From Felis catus (Eukaryota), in contig NC_058373.1 in the NCBI RefSeq assembly GCF_018350175.1, forward strand, positions 113,710,001-113,774,000: 64,000 nucleotides of DNA, written 5' to 3'. The notes beneath the pieces are model-generated. The model worked only from the letters and a program-made list of their open reading frames with translations, was not told where the DNA came from and ran no database searches. The position numbers were made by a program, and so were the translations under genes. Below, piece by piece: positions 26,300 through 39,249 of this stretch; within the stretch, counting starts at the first letter, position 1; each line of letters starts with the position of its first letter.

Positions 26300-26475
26300 T
26301 CTGGAAGTCTGGAGGTAAAAAGTCACTCTGGGAGGATGAGAAAAGATTGTGGAAAGGGTGACATTCAGATGGGCTCTGAGAGTGAGTCTGATTTCAGTCT
26401 TTAGAAGTACAAGGGAATGCATTCCAGGCAGAGGAAAGACATAGTCAAACAAACATGGGATGAGAAAATATGGGA
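26300..26475 (-). mobile_element. L2 fragment
   Basis: ggtgacattcagatgggctctga...gcattccaggcagaggaaa. Confidence 0.6.
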
Positions 26476-26499
26476 GCAGCTTCTAGATCAATGAAAACT

Positions 26500-27035
26500 T
26501 TTTAAAATAACAACTTTTTATAACACTTTATAGTCTAGTGGTTTTAATATATTTACAGAGTTGTATAACTGCCACCAATAATCTAATTTTGGAACATTTT
26601 AGAACATTTTCATCACCCCCAAAAGAAACCCTGTTACCTATTAGTAGTCAGTCCCCATTTTTCTTCCTCTCCAGATTCTGGCAACCATGAATCTATTTTC
26701 TGTCTGTATGGATTTGCTTATTCTGGACATTTCATATAAATGGAATCCTATAACATGTGACCTTTTCTGAGTAGCCTCTTTCACTTAGCATGACGTTCAT
26801 CCACGTCTTAGTATTCATCAGTACTTTATTTCTTTTCATTGCCAAACATTATCCTGTATGGATATACCACATTTTATTTATTCATTCATCAGCTGATAGG
26901 CATTTGGGTTGTTTCCACCATTTAGCTGTTGTGAATAGTGGTGCTATGAATGTGTGTGCAAGTTTTTATATAGGCATGTTTTCAGTTCTCTCGGGTTTAA
27001 CCTAGGTGTGGAAGAGCTGGATCATATAGTAAGTT
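26500..27035 (-). mobile_element. L1MB-like 3' UTR
   Basis: agaacattttcatcacccccaaaagaaaccc; ttctggacatttcatataaatggaatc; catttgggttgtttccac. Confidence 0.88.
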
Positions 27036-27407
27036 CTCAATTGTTGCAAGCCTTTGGTTAATTTCCAAAGTTCTGGAAGACTTGATTCTTCACATTTGCC
27101 AGTATTCTTGTTGCTTTTATGAATGAGCAACAAGGTTTTTTTCTAAGATCTTTTTAAAGATCCTTGCACTGCCATTCTGGAATTGCTTCTCCTGAATACT
27201 CTGTTTGTTTGTGTGCCATGAGGTGGGTTGGTGCCAGATGCTGGTGTGCCTTTTTAAGACCATTTTTTTAAATGCTTCTGAGCAGGAGTGCAACCTGTTA
27301 TTCCTTGGTCATAGAGCTGTCTATGCCTTAGAAACTGGAACAGAACATACAAATGCCTCAGTGCATTTAGGGGCACTTTCCACAGGCCAATAAAAATAAC
27401 TCTGTGG

Positions 27408-27598
27408 AGAGCCAAAGCATAAGAGACTCTTAAAAACTGAGAACAAACTGAGGGTTGATGGGGGGTGGGAGGGAGGGGAGGGTGGGTGATGGGTATTGAG
27501 GAGGGCACCTTTTGGGATGAGCACTGGGTGTTGTATGGAAACCAATTTGGCAATAAACTTCATATATTGAAAAAAAATGGAATAAAAAATAAATTTAA
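27408..27598 (+). mobile_element. Young feline L1, extreme 3' end (about 190 bp)
   Basis: cataagagactcttaaaaactgagaacaaactgagggttgatgg..gagcactgggtgttgtatggaaacc; perfect 16-bp TSD aaaaataactctgtgg at 27392-27407 and 27599-27614. Confidence 0.93.
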
Positions 27599-27939
27599 AA
27601 AAATAACTCTGTGGGGAAAGCATGACAGCATGCATGACACACTGGGTAGACCTGGGGATGTGGAAGGGAATGTTGAAGAGAATATCAAACTTTGCTACTG
27701 CCTGTTTGAGATTGGGCTGCTGTGTATCATTTTCTTGTTTTTAGCTGGGATAATATTACTTCTCCATACAAGAGGTATTCTCTGGGCGTAGAGGCACTTT
27801 CCCCATCCCTTTTCTTTACAGGTGGGGGAGCTGAATGCACAGTTCCTTTACTAGTCACATCTCAGTAGCCAGGGACAGAAATCAAGTATCTTATCTTGAT
27901 AAGTATGTTATCAGGTGTCTTATCAAGTACAGGTAAGAA

Positions 27940-28220
27940 TTGAAAGACCTGGGGAAGTTTAACCTGGAGGAGAGTGAATATAAGGGGTTAATAGGGCATC
28001 TCTCTTCAAAAAGGTGAAAGATAGGCACGTGGAAAGCAGAGTAAACTTATGTCAATTTCTGTAGCAGTACCAGGACCAATGGATCAAAGTTGTAGGAAGG
28101 TGGATTTTTAGGTCTTTTAAAAAGAGACCTGGCAATAAGAGCTGGTTTCTTCTGTTCAAAAGTAGTTAGCACCAGCTACTTCTTAGGGATTGTCAAAGGA
28201 ATTCCTGATTGAGAGAAAGT
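27940..28220 (+). mobile_element. CR1/L3 LINE 3' fragment
   Basis: gtttaacctggaggagag..tcttcaaa..caggaccaatggatcaaagttgtaggaaggtggattt resembles the L3 3' consensus. Confidence 0.65.
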
Positions 28221-29214
28221 CTGAACTAAGGGGGCCTTGCTTATTTGAAGACTACATCTAATATTTTTCATGTGTCATAATGCCTATGAAGAGAAGTGGC
28301 TTGCCTCAGACTCTTGCTTAAACAAACCTTAGTTCATTTCTATTAGTTCCTACCCAAAAGTGAAATTTTCCTTTAAGAATATAAGGGACCTCTCAGAATT
28401 CAAGGAATAGTTGTACAGCTAGGCTCAGGAAAAAGAACTAAGATAGCTGTGAGGAACTCAACTGCACCTTTGTTGTAATACTCTGCCTCACTGACATGGT
28501 TAGTTTCCAAATACCAGCTTATGTGCCTTTAATGTGAAATTTTCATATGAGATGCTCTGATTGCCTTGTTTTGAGTCATGAGTCTACCCTTGATCCAATC
28601 AGCTATAGATAAGAAGAAAGGGTCATATAATAGAAGTAAGATTAAAATGGTGGCAGGCCTAGGCTTTCTCCTCTGGATAGTGGTCAATTGCTCTAAGAGG
28701 GGAGATAGAGTAAGTCACAGACTAGCTAGACAACCCCCAAAATATTTATTACATTTTCAAAAATGTCAGCCAGGATTTCGGCTGTTTGAGTCTGTTTTGG
28801 ACAACCGATATTTATTATGTAACTATTATATGCAAGGTGCCATGATAGATGATAGGCAGAATGTAAAATATAATATATGGTCCCTGACCTCTGGGTACTT
28901 ACAATCACTTTGTCCATTAGACTGTTCATTGTTTAATTGGTTATCTTGTGTGAATTTCACTTTGGGAGGACTAACCTACTAATTATGTAGAGGCTCCATA
29001 TAAACTTGAGAACATTTCTCAGTTGTATATTAAAGACATTTGCTTTTTCTAAATGTCCACACATGTAATATTTGTATAGGTCAATGCTAAAAGACTGTCA
29101 TAAGCTCAAGTTCCCCAAACAAGCAAAATGCCCAATCCTTCCTCCCCAAACAAAGATAATGAGTTGTATGTCTTACATTGCTGGGAATATATCACATTAA
29201 AATGTGTGCTTATT

Positions 29215-29440
29215 GGGGCGCCTGGGTGGCGCAGTCGGTTAAGCGTCCGACTTCAGCCAGGTCACGATCTCGCGGTCCGTGAGTTAGAGCCCCGCGTCGG
29301 GCTCTGGGCTGATGGCTCGGAGCCTGGAGCCTGTTTCCGATTCTGTGTCTCCCTCTCTCTCTGCCCCTCCCCTGTTCACGCTCTGTCTCTCTCTGTCCCA
29401 AAAATAAATAAATGTCGAAAAAAAAAATTAAAAAAAAAAA
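29215..29440 (+). mobile_element. Young feline SINEC
   Basis: Near-identical to the 1270 and 18664 copies; TSD taaaatgtgtgcttatt at 29198-29214 and 29441-29457. Confidence 0.97.
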
Positions 29441-29489
29441 TAAAATGTGTGCTTATTTTTATATGTACATAAGGTGGAATATAACATTA

Positions 29490-29703
29490 AATTTTTTTTA
29501 ATGTTTATTTTTGAGAGAGAGAGAGAGGCAGAGCTCGAGCAGGGAAGGGGCAGAGAGAGAGAGAGGGAGACACAGAATCTGAAGCAGTCTCCAGGCTCTG
29601 AGCTGTCAGTGCAGACCCCGATGTGGGGCTCAAACCCACAAACTGTGAGATTATAACCTAAGCTGAAGTCAGACACTAAACCAACTCAGCCACCCAGGAT
29701 CCC
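29490..29703 (-). mobile_element. SINEC
   Basis: gagggagacacagaatctgaagcag...cagccacccagg. Confidence 0.9.
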
Positions 29704-30112
29704 TGAAGATAACAAATATTTTAAGTGTCTGTGAGCTACCCAGTATGCTAGGTATGTCACATATATAACATACACATGATGTGCAGATCTTATATTAAGT
29801 ATTATGTATATTCTAATCTTTCATTATTCGAAATATATATATATATATATATATGTACACACACACACATATATATACACACACACACATTAACTGAATA
29901 GCTAAGAATATTATTTTCTGTCTGTGTTTGTCTAAGTGGAATGTCATATTAAAACCTTATAAAGATAATTAGTAGCTGACTTAGCATATTGTTTGGATGT
30001 TTTCTAAGAGACCAACTTTAGCTATGATACAGAGATACTTGATTTCCATTTGAATCGGTCATTGGTATATTTAACTATAACTTGGTCTGTTGAAAATCCT
30101 GAATTTTAAAGC

Positions 30113-30128
30113 TTATTTATTTTTTTTT

Positions 30129-30162
<34 letters not shown>

Positions 30163-30329
30163 ACACACGAGGGAGGGGTAGAGAGTGAGGGAGAGAGAGA
30201 ATCCCAAACAGGCTCCGTGCTGTCAGTGTAGAGTGTGACATGAGGCTCAGTCTCACAAACTGTGAGATCATGACCCGAGCCAAAATCAAGAGTGTGCCAC
30301 TTAACTGATTGAGCCACCCAGGTGCCCCC
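30113..30329 (-). mobile_element. SINEC
   Basis: (GA)n, gaatcccaaacaggctcc, ends ccaggtgcccc. Confidence 0.9.
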
Positions 30330-30345
30330 TGGGTTTGTTTTAAAT

Positions 30346-30554
30346 TTTTTTTTTTTAACGTTTATTTATTTTTGAGATAGAGACAGAGCATGAATGGGAA
30401 GGGTCAGAGAGAGAGGGAGACACAGAATTGGAAGCGGGCTCCAGGCTCTGAGCCATCAACCCGGAGCCCGATGCGGGGCTCGAACTCACAGACCGTGAGA
30501 TCGTGACCTGAGCCGAAGTCAGACGCTCAACCGACTGAGCCACCCAGGCGCCCC
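30346..30554 (-). mobile_element. SINEC, younger, inserted at the head of the previous copy
   Basis: CpG-rich; TSD ccctgggtttg(t/c)tttaaa. Confidence 0.93.
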
Positions 30555-31404
30555 GCCCTGGGTTTGCTTTAAATGGCTATCTAAGTTTTAATGCTAGAAA
30601 GGAGTTAACATGCTATATACCTTCTTGTTTTTGGCGTTTCTATGGTCTTAGAACCTAACTGACTTTGCTATGGATATTTCTCAGAGCTTATTTTTTCCAA
30701 AATAATAATTTTCTTTTTTAGAGTCTAGTGTTCAGTTATTTTCCATTGTTCACATATTAACTTTCCACTTTGCCAGTATGATTTCAGTATTTAAGGTGTA
30801 TGTTCAATCAAAACTTCTGCAGGCAAATTATTACTCACCCAACTTTTGAAGTTTCAAGTTGTCTTCACAAATTATGCTTAAATTGTAGTCACAGTCTGCT
30901 TAGAAACTTATGGTTCCATTGATTTTTCATAATATTTATGGCCTTTAAAAAATGTACATCAATCCCACAGAGATCTTAAGCTCTACTTAAGAGCAATATT
31001 CTTCTGCCTAAGAGCATTTTCTTCTGCCTAAACTGGTATGTGTGAGCAAGAAGAGGATATCATACTATTAGTTTTCTACATTGTTAGTTATAGCATATGA
31101 TATTACTAGCAGTGGAAGCTAATATTTTAGAATTGGAATGAACCTGCCTATCTCAAAGAAATCTAAATATTTTAGTTGATTTTTATTTCATTGCTGCTGC
31201 GCCCCGTGTCATGTGAATATTAGTCAAAGTGCATTAAGAAACATAAAAGGCAAAAGACAAACATTTTTAAAAGTGTGTATTGTATTTTTTTCCTCACTCT
31301 ATAAGACATTGGCTGCCTCTATGCCAACTGTGTTAAAACAAATTTTATCCATTCCTATCTGTTTCCAAAAAGATTTCTAGTATGTTCCCTCCCTCCCTCA
31401 TACC

Positions 31405-31409
<5 letters not shown>

Positions 31410-31480
<71 letters not shown>
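31410..31480. repeat. Compound (CT)n(CA)n microsatellite
   Basis: Seen directly. Confidence 0.95.
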
Positions 31481-31925
31481 AATCTCTTACAAATCAAAGA
31501 CCATGTCTTTTTCCCTTTTCGCCCCCTTCCTTCACACCTGTCTAAAATTATATTCTGTATGCGTGAAAATGATAATTATATATTATGGTGGTTACTAGGT
31601 AGTTCACAAATTTCCTGAAGAACAGGTAGGAAGAACAAATGAGGTCCTTCTGTGATAAGAAAAGATTAGAACATTTGACTCTGACATCAGATTAGCCTTA
31701 GTGTTCTTAATCATACTTTTGTAAACCTGTAATCTTCCCCACCCCCCACTGTTATTTTCCTGCTTCATGCCTTGATTTTCCTATTTGCAAAATGAGAATA
31801 GAAATTGTTGCTTCCCATATACTTCATAGAGAATTTATGAGTAGGTTAGCATTTCCTTCACCAGATGTATTAACTCAATCTTATTTGTATATTTTCTTTC
31901 CATAGTTCTGATTCCATAATGTCCA

Positions 31926-31927
<2 letters not shown>

Positions 31928-31966
<39 letters not shown>
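31928..31966. repeat. (TG)n microsatellite
   Basis: Seen directly. Confidence 0.95.
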
Positions 31967-31968
<2 letters not shown>

Positions 31969-31989
31969 TCCATTCTTTTATTTACATTC

Positions 31990-32206
31990 TTTTTTTTTAA
32001 TTCTTTTTTTAATGTTTATTTTTGCAAGAGAGAGACAGAGCATGAACGGGGAGGGGCAGAGAGAGAGGGAGACACAGAATCTGAAGCAGGCTTCAGGCTC
32101 TGAGTTGTCAGCACAGAGCCAGATGCAGGGTTTGAACTCACGAACCTTGAGATCATGACCTGAGCTCAAGTTGGCCACTTAACCCACTGAGCGACCCAGG
32201 TGCCCC
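31990..32206 (-). mobile_element. SINEC
   Basis: Full length; TSD tcttttatttacattcttt. Confidence 0.93.
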
Positions 32207-33789
32207 TCTTTTATTTACATTCTTTTCCTTTCCTGGGATTTTTCAAAATCAAAGCATGTTAATCACATTCCATAATGCACTTGAGTACTCAAGATACTTA
32301 TCAGATATGGACAAATGTTTGAATAGCTGCATTTGTTTTTGAGCGTCTATCAAAACCTAGGCCCCAGGCCATTGAAGGGTATACCAAGAGGGGTGTCCCC
32401 AATCTGAAGTGCAGGTAGTTTCAAGGTGAGTGTTCTAGCCTTTTTTTTTTTTTAATGCCGTCTCTGGTCTGCTCAGATACCTTCTTTTCTTTTAATCTAA
32501 ATGATCATTTGTGAAATAATGCCATCACTAAATGTTGAATTTGGTGGTCTCTTTAAGTGCATTAACTGAAAAGTCTAATTTCTCAGCTGAAGATTAGATG
32601 TTTTGCCCTAATACCTGACATATATCTGCCTCATCTGTCTGATACTGACTGAGAAAAGAAATATAGTTCAGTAGTCAATATCTGGTGTCATCATTAATTA
32701 CAGATAAGCTATTAATATTTAAATGTCAACTTAAGAAAAAAAGACATTGAAACTTAGACACAAACTATTCATTGATAGAATTTTGCTGAAGGTCAGAGCC
32801 ATAGTAATGCTTAACCACTTTTAAGGCTGTGCAAAAAACCTGGACCTGATCTGCTTTATGAACTTCAGTGAGAATAAATACTTAGTGGAAGCCCAAAGGT
32901 CTTTAGTATTAACATGACCTTAAAAATTTACCTTGTCCTGGTAGCTTTTCAAGTCAGGAATTAACAGTTGAAGTCTCTGTTACTTTAACATGGCTCTTGG
33001 AGAACTTAGAAATTTTTGTCCTATAATGAGATGCTAAAGGATGTCATTGTTTAGTACTGTTTGAGTTCTAAAGAGGGTGTTCCAGAGATCATAGGTTTGA
33101 GTTGGCATAACTGGTTTTGAGGCTTTTTATTTTATTTTTTCTGTTCCGTCAGAAGGTGGCCAAAGATTCAAATGCGTCTTGAGCCTGCTCCTAGAATGTG
33201 TGGGCAGAGCTGTGGTCCTAGCTTGGAAGAGCATCCTTAAGTTTCTTTTTAGCTGTGGCCTCAGGACGTGTGTTCAGGTCACACAGCCACATCATTAAAT
33301 GATACAGGTGTTATTTAGAAAAAGAGAGGAGCTAGGGCAGAATCTTATTTTCTGGCATTTAAAGTTGGAACCACCTGTCTCAAAACTTAGTTCTGTATTT
33401 ATATGTATTTCCTCATGGTAGACAAATAAATTAGACACAGCACCTAATTTTCCCCCTTAATTCAGAATTAAGGAAAATACGTCTTAGCAAGAATCATTCG
33501 TTAAACGTTAATGCTGCCTCTTTTTTATTGCAAGTACCATACTAATTTGAAGAGAAAGTTAATGAGGAGAAATTTGCCTTTATGGCAAAACACTATGATT
33601 TTTTTGTTTTGTTTTGTTTTTTAAGTTAATTACTGTTTTATTAGGAGCTCTTACCAGGGCCATGCTAATGGGACATTGAGGCACACACAGCTTGACCTAC
33701 ACATTAACAGAAGTTACTGATTTAGAGTGATAAGTAATTTTTCCCCCTAAAGAACCATTATGGAATATTTTGACAAATGAGAATATTTT

Positions 33790-34290
33790 TTTTATTTTCA
33801 ATTTCATTTATTTTTCAAGAGGAAATACATTCACCTGGTTCAAAATTCCAGAGGCACAGAGCAGTATGTAGAAAGAAGTCTTTCCCTCACTCTTTTCCCC
33901 AAACCACCACATTAGCCTCCTTGAAACCCAGTTCCTGCTATTAGCTTCTTTTGTTTCTTTCCATCAACATATTATGCATATAGATGATATATGCACATGT
34001 ATGTGTGTATATATAATATAAACATATATAAACAATAATTTTCCTTTTCACACAAATGCTAAGTAACTACCACTTAATTAGTATTGTATATCTTATTTTC
34101 ATTTAACAATGTAACTTAAAAATCATGCTATGTTGGTACATAAAAAACTTCCTTGTTATTGTGGTCTTATGGTGTATATTGTCTGGGTCATATGGTGGAT
34201 CACCATTTTTTTTTTCTTTTTAACTAGATCCTTACTAATGAACATTTAGGTTGTTGCCAATCTTTTATTTTCATTAATGATGATTAATGT
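33790..34290 (-). mobile_element. Old L1 (L1ME-like) 3' fragment
   Basis: atacattcacctggttcaaaattcca; gaacatttaggttgttgccaatcttt. Confidence 0.6.
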
Positions 34291-35065
34291 TGCTTACTGC
34301 TTATTTTTCATTTTCAAATTCATTTCCTGCTTTTGTGAGGGCCTGGATATTGGTACTATGAATGGAGAGCTATATATTTTGACACATCTGAGGTGTTTGT
34401 ATATAGACATCATGTACCCACTGCTAACCTAATTCTAGTCTCTTTCCTCAGGATACTCAGCTAAAGTAAAATTTATTTGTTGGGATCCTTATGTTGTACA
34501 AGTGCTGGGTCATAGCTCCTATTGGCAAACTAAAGAGTTACAATTACTAACCTGTGACTTTGATTACTATGATATATACTATGTTTCAGTTAGAAGAGAT
34601 AGTCATAGTTAGTTAGGGTTAATGAGAACCGCATCATTGTTAAAGTAGGGTTAAGAAAATCTAAGCTCTTAGGGTAAGATGAGTATAGATAATCAAACCA
34701 AATTTACTCTTTGCTTTCAAGGTCTCCATATATAATTTCAGCCTACATCATATAACTCTCTTCAGGTCATAGCTGTACATTTGATGATCAAAAACTTTTA
34801 AGATAGTAATCAGATATAGTAATTATAAAACAAAATTATTGAGCATGTTTGTTGACCTGTGGTAGGTTATGCTAGATCTTTATTGAGTCATATGAAGCAC
34901 ACAAAAAAGAATATTGTCATCGCAAACAATGGGGAAGTTTTCATATTCAATCACTGGAGTATTCATTTCCCCTAAAATTTTCACTCAATGAATTATAACT
35001 CCTGGTCTCTTAGCTTACTCTGATTTTGTGTAGAAAACACCATTACTTAAACGTGTAGTATATAA

Positions 35066-35279
35066 GGGGCGCCTGGGTGGCTCAGTTGGTTAAGTGTCTG
35101 ACTTCGGCTCAGGTCATGATCTCATCATCAGTGAGTTTGAGCCCTGCATCGAGCTCTGTGCTAACAGCTCAGAGCCTTGAACCTGCTTCAGATTCTGCGT
35201 CTCCCTCTCTCTCTGCCCCTCCCCCACTCGCTCTCTGTCTCTCAAAAATGAATAAACGTTAAAAAAAATTTAAAGAAAA
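35066..35279 (+). mobile_element. SINEC
   Basis: ggggcgcctgggtggctcagttggttaag head, A tail. Confidence 0.93.
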
Positions 35280-35722
35280 GTGTCGTATCTATGAAAGACA
35301 GTTAATAGGGAAAAAAAGCCATTAGAATTGTTTTTATATTGACATTGGTTCGATGGCTATTTGATTAAGATAGAAATGGAGAATATTTCTTATTCCTGGA
35401 TTGTCAAAAAATATGTTTCCATTCATGTAAATAAAGCATCCTGATTTAGATTTTTGTTGTTGTCTTTGTTCTCTGAGAGAAATATAAAGAATTCTACTTA
35501 TTTATTTTTTATCTTAGGAATAGGAAGCATATCAACTAGTACAACAGATGGTTACATAGAGTGGAGAAGACAGGTGAGAATGAGAGAGAAATAATCTTTT
35601 TGTTTCTCAAAGCCATGAGCAGAAATAATAAAACATTGTATGCATATGGGGGTGTTTTGTTATTGTGTTCATTTTTATTCTGAGTAGAGAAAGGACTCTT
35701 CATAAAGAAATGAATAAATCTT

Positions 35723-36347
35723 TTTTTAAGTTTTTATTTAAATTCCAGTTAGTCAACATACAGTGTAACATTAGTAATACTAACTACAGTATAATGTTAG
35801 TAATTCAGCACTTACATACAACACCAGTGCTCATGATAACAAGTGCCCTCCTTAATCCCCATCACCTATTTAACCCATTCCCCTACCCACCTCCCCTCTG
35901 GTAGTCATCAGTTTCTTCTCTATAGTTAAGGGTCTGTTTCTTGGTTTTCCTCTCTTTTTACCCCCCACCGCCACTCCAAGTTTGTTTTGTTTCTTAAATT
36001 CCACATATGAGTGAAATCCTGTGGTGTTTATCTTAGCATAATACTCTCTAGCTCCATCCATGTCATTGCAAATGGCAGGATTTCATTCCTTTTATGGCTG
36101 AGTAATATTCCATTATATATATACACTACATCTTCTTTATGGATTCCTTATCCATTCATCAACAGATGGACATTTGGCTGCTTCCATAATTTGGCTATTG
36201 TTGCTAATGCTGCTATAAACACCAGGGTGCACGTATCCCTTTGGATTTGTACTTTTGTATTCTTTGAGTAAATACCTAGTAGTGCAAGGTATCATTGGAT
36301 CATAGGGTAGGTCTATTTTTAGCTTTTTGAGGAATCTCCATACTGTT
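35723..36347 (-). mobile_element. Carnivore L1, 5'-truncated
   Basis: tttttatttaaattccagttagt; ttgcaaatggcaggatttcattcc; perfect 18-bp TSD aagaaatgaataaatctt at 35705-35722 and 36348-36365. Confidence 0.93.
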
Positions 36348-36462
36348 AAGAAATGAATAAATCTTATTAGAACTTGTTTCAAATATATATATTTTTATTC
36401 TCAGAGCGGGAATGCTAAATCATTATTTAATTTTTTTTCATTATTTAAATTTTGTCTCCATT

Positions 36463-36701
36463 TATTTTTTATTTTTTTATTTAAAAAAATTTTTTTTTAG
36501 TGTTTTTATTTTTGAAGGAGAGAGAGAGACAGAGCACGAGCAGGGGAGGAGCAAAGAGAGAGGGAGACACAGAATTCGAAGCAGGCTCCAGGTTCTGAGC
36601 TGTCAGCACAGAGCCCGACGCGGGTCTCGAATTCACAAACTGCGAGATCATGACCTGAGCTGAAGCCGGACGCTCAACCGACCGAGCCACCCAGGCGCCC
36701 C
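36463..36701 (-). mobile_element. SINEC inserted at the tail of the next copy
   Basis: TSD tgtctccattt on both sides; CpG-rich. Confidence 0.93.
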
Positions 36702-36711
36702 TGTCTCCATT

Positions 36712-36919
36712 TTTTAAAATGTTTATTTATTTTGAGGGAAAGAGAGACAGAGCATGAGTGGGGGAGGGGCACAGAGAGCAAGGGAGACACAGAATCCAAA
36801 GCAGGCTCCAGGCTCTGAGCTGTCAGCACAGAGCCTGACGCTGGCTCAAACTCACAACTGCAGGACCATGACCTGAACCGAAGTCAGATGCTGAACCGAC
36901 TGAGCCACCCAGGTGCCCC
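36712..36919 (-). mobile_element. SINEC
   Basis: gaatccaaagcaggctccaggctctgagc...ccaggtgcccc. Confidence 0.92.
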
Positions 36920-37087
36920 CCTCCTTTTTTAAAAAATTGGACAAACCCGTTAACTTTTACTCTAGAATGTGTCATATCTCATTTTATAGAGGAAATACTC
37001 AGGTTTATCATCTTGTGACTTCCTGATCTTGTGGCATTTGGAAATAGTGTTAATGTTACTGTGGTAGTACTTTGATTTTGTAACCGT

Positions 37088-37250
37088 AGACCTACCCACT
37101 ATTAACACTTTCGACTGGATAATTCCTGGTTGTGAGGGGCTATTCTGCCATTCTAGTGTATTTAACAGCATCCCTGGCTTCTACCCCCTTAGATGCCAGT
37201 AGCAATACCTTCAGAGGCACAAAAATGCTCTCAACTGAGAATCACTACTA
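37088..37250. mobile_element. MER20 (hAT-Charlie MITE), partial
   Basis: ggataattcctggttgtgaggggct..cagcatccctggcttctacccc..agatgccagtagc..tgagaatcact. Confidence 0.82.
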
Positions 37251-37499
37251 TAGACATAGGCGGTGATTCCCCACAGCAGGTTTCAGTGTGGATCTCACAC
37301 AGTATTCAACAGTCTGATGCACTCCACCAGTATTTGTGATCTGGAACAGCAGAGCAACACAAAGGTACAAATTTGGGGGCAATTTTTTTTTCTTTATTTT
37401 TGAGGGGGCAGTAGTTTTTTAAAAGGCCACCACTCAATTTGGGGAAGATTCTTGAAGAAACATTGAACTCTTAATTGGTTGGTTGATTAATCAATTGAT

Positions 37500-38720
37500 A
37501 GATTCATTCATTTAATAAAAATATATTGAGCTCTTGCTATAGGCCAGTCTCAGTGTTGGGATATGTGTGTTGCTGTATGGTTCATGTGGCTGTAATTAGT
37601 GGGTTGGCAGGAAGTAAGCCCATAGGTAGACCTGTGAAGAAGCTGTTGGGTGTAATATAGGTGAAAAATGATGGTTGCCTGGATTTAGGTAGTGACAGTG
37701 GCATGATGAGAAGAGATTTCCTTGATATTTAGGAGCTAAAAACATTAGGATTTGGTAACTGATTGGAGCAAGAGAGAAGTCAAGACTAATTCCCAAGTTT
37801 CTGGCTTAGTTAAAAGAGTGAAGAGTGGTAGCATTCATGAAGACGAGCAGAGTGGGAAGAACAGGATTCTTTTTGAAGGGGGAGCAGATACTGATTTCCA
37901 TTTTTAACACTTTTCTTTGGAGGTAGCCTTTGAGATATCCAAGAGGATGAGCTAGACAATGAACTTGGGAATTGCAAGGATCCTATCTGTTTTGTTCCTT
38001 GTTGTATCCTATTCTTCAGATGGTGTCTACCTTTCTAGGGATGGAAACAGGTTTAGGCTGGATGTATAGATTTGGTATTTTTCAGGGACTAGTTGGTTTG
38101 ATTGAAATGAAGGAAGCACATCAAAGTGTCTAGGGAGAGTTCCTATAGAAAGAAGAAGACCTAGCATTGCAACATTTTGGGAGGTATATTCAAGGAACTG
38201 AAGAGGAGGGGCTGCAGAAGTCTGAGGAAAATCAGGAGTGTCTGAAAACAAGGGAAGAGAGAATTTTAAAAAGAAGGGAGTGTTTACTGGTTTTGAATTC
38301 AATTAAAAAGTCAAGTAAGATGAAGACTGATAAAATGACATTGGATTTTGCAACTAAAACGTGTTCATGACTTTTTGAGAACCTTTTTCAGTAGACTGAT
38401 GATTGAAAGAGTTCAGTAAATTTGGTTAAATACTAAGTGGGAGTTGAGTGGATGGAATGACAGGTGCAGGTCATGCTTTGATGTATTTTGGCTATAAAGA
38501 AGAAAAGAGACTGAAAATAGTATATGACGGAGGTATGGGCTGCGGGAGGGCACGAGGGTTTGAACATGTTTAAATGCTGATAGGAAGGAGACAATGGAGA
38601 CAGAGAGGTTGGTATAGGAGAGGAGAACATGTAGATAGGAGCAACTTGAGATGGGATGAGTCCAGAACACAGGGAGAAGGACTGCTCTTAGACAGGGGTA
38701 GGGTACCCTTCAAACTGGAG
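37500..38720 (-). mobile_element. L2 LINE, fragmented
   Basis: attcattcatttaataaaaatatattgag tail; gagaagtcaagactaattcccaagtttctggctt; cattggattttgcaac. Confidence 0.75.
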
Positions 38721-39249
38721 GGATATTGTTAGTGATAGAGAAGGTCCATATTCTACTGGGATTAGCTTCCAGTCTTGGGAGTCTTTCAGGAATTATACTT
38801 CTGGGGCTTCCTAATGGTTCAGAGTGACAGAAACATTAAGAGACCTCTGGCAAAATCCATACCGTTTCTGAATTCCCTGGGGTCCATTGATCCCCAGAGG
38901 TTGGATCCATTTGATTATTTGTCTTTATTTTCAGTAGCAGGCATATACTAGAATTGGATTCTGAACCTATGGATTAGGTTAGGATTTGGGGTCCAATTCT
39001 TGTCTAAATAATCAGAGCAGCAGGGTATTTTGAGACCCTCAGGAAACTTAGCCAGGTGTTGAAGTACAACCTGGAGATCACCTAGATCCCATATATTAAT
39101 GAGCAAATATGCCCTTCTCATTATGACTCTTCATTATTACTAATCTATATGATGGATTGTTGATTGTAGAAAACTCTGTGTTATCATACTGTTAAGCTTA
39201 AATTTTACCGTTCAAATGTTAAAAGGTTGATTATAGTTCAAGTTCTTCT

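Noticed and set aside
28578..28982. 134-aa ORF
   Set aside because: Overlaps decayed LTR/L2-like sequence; no protein-family features.
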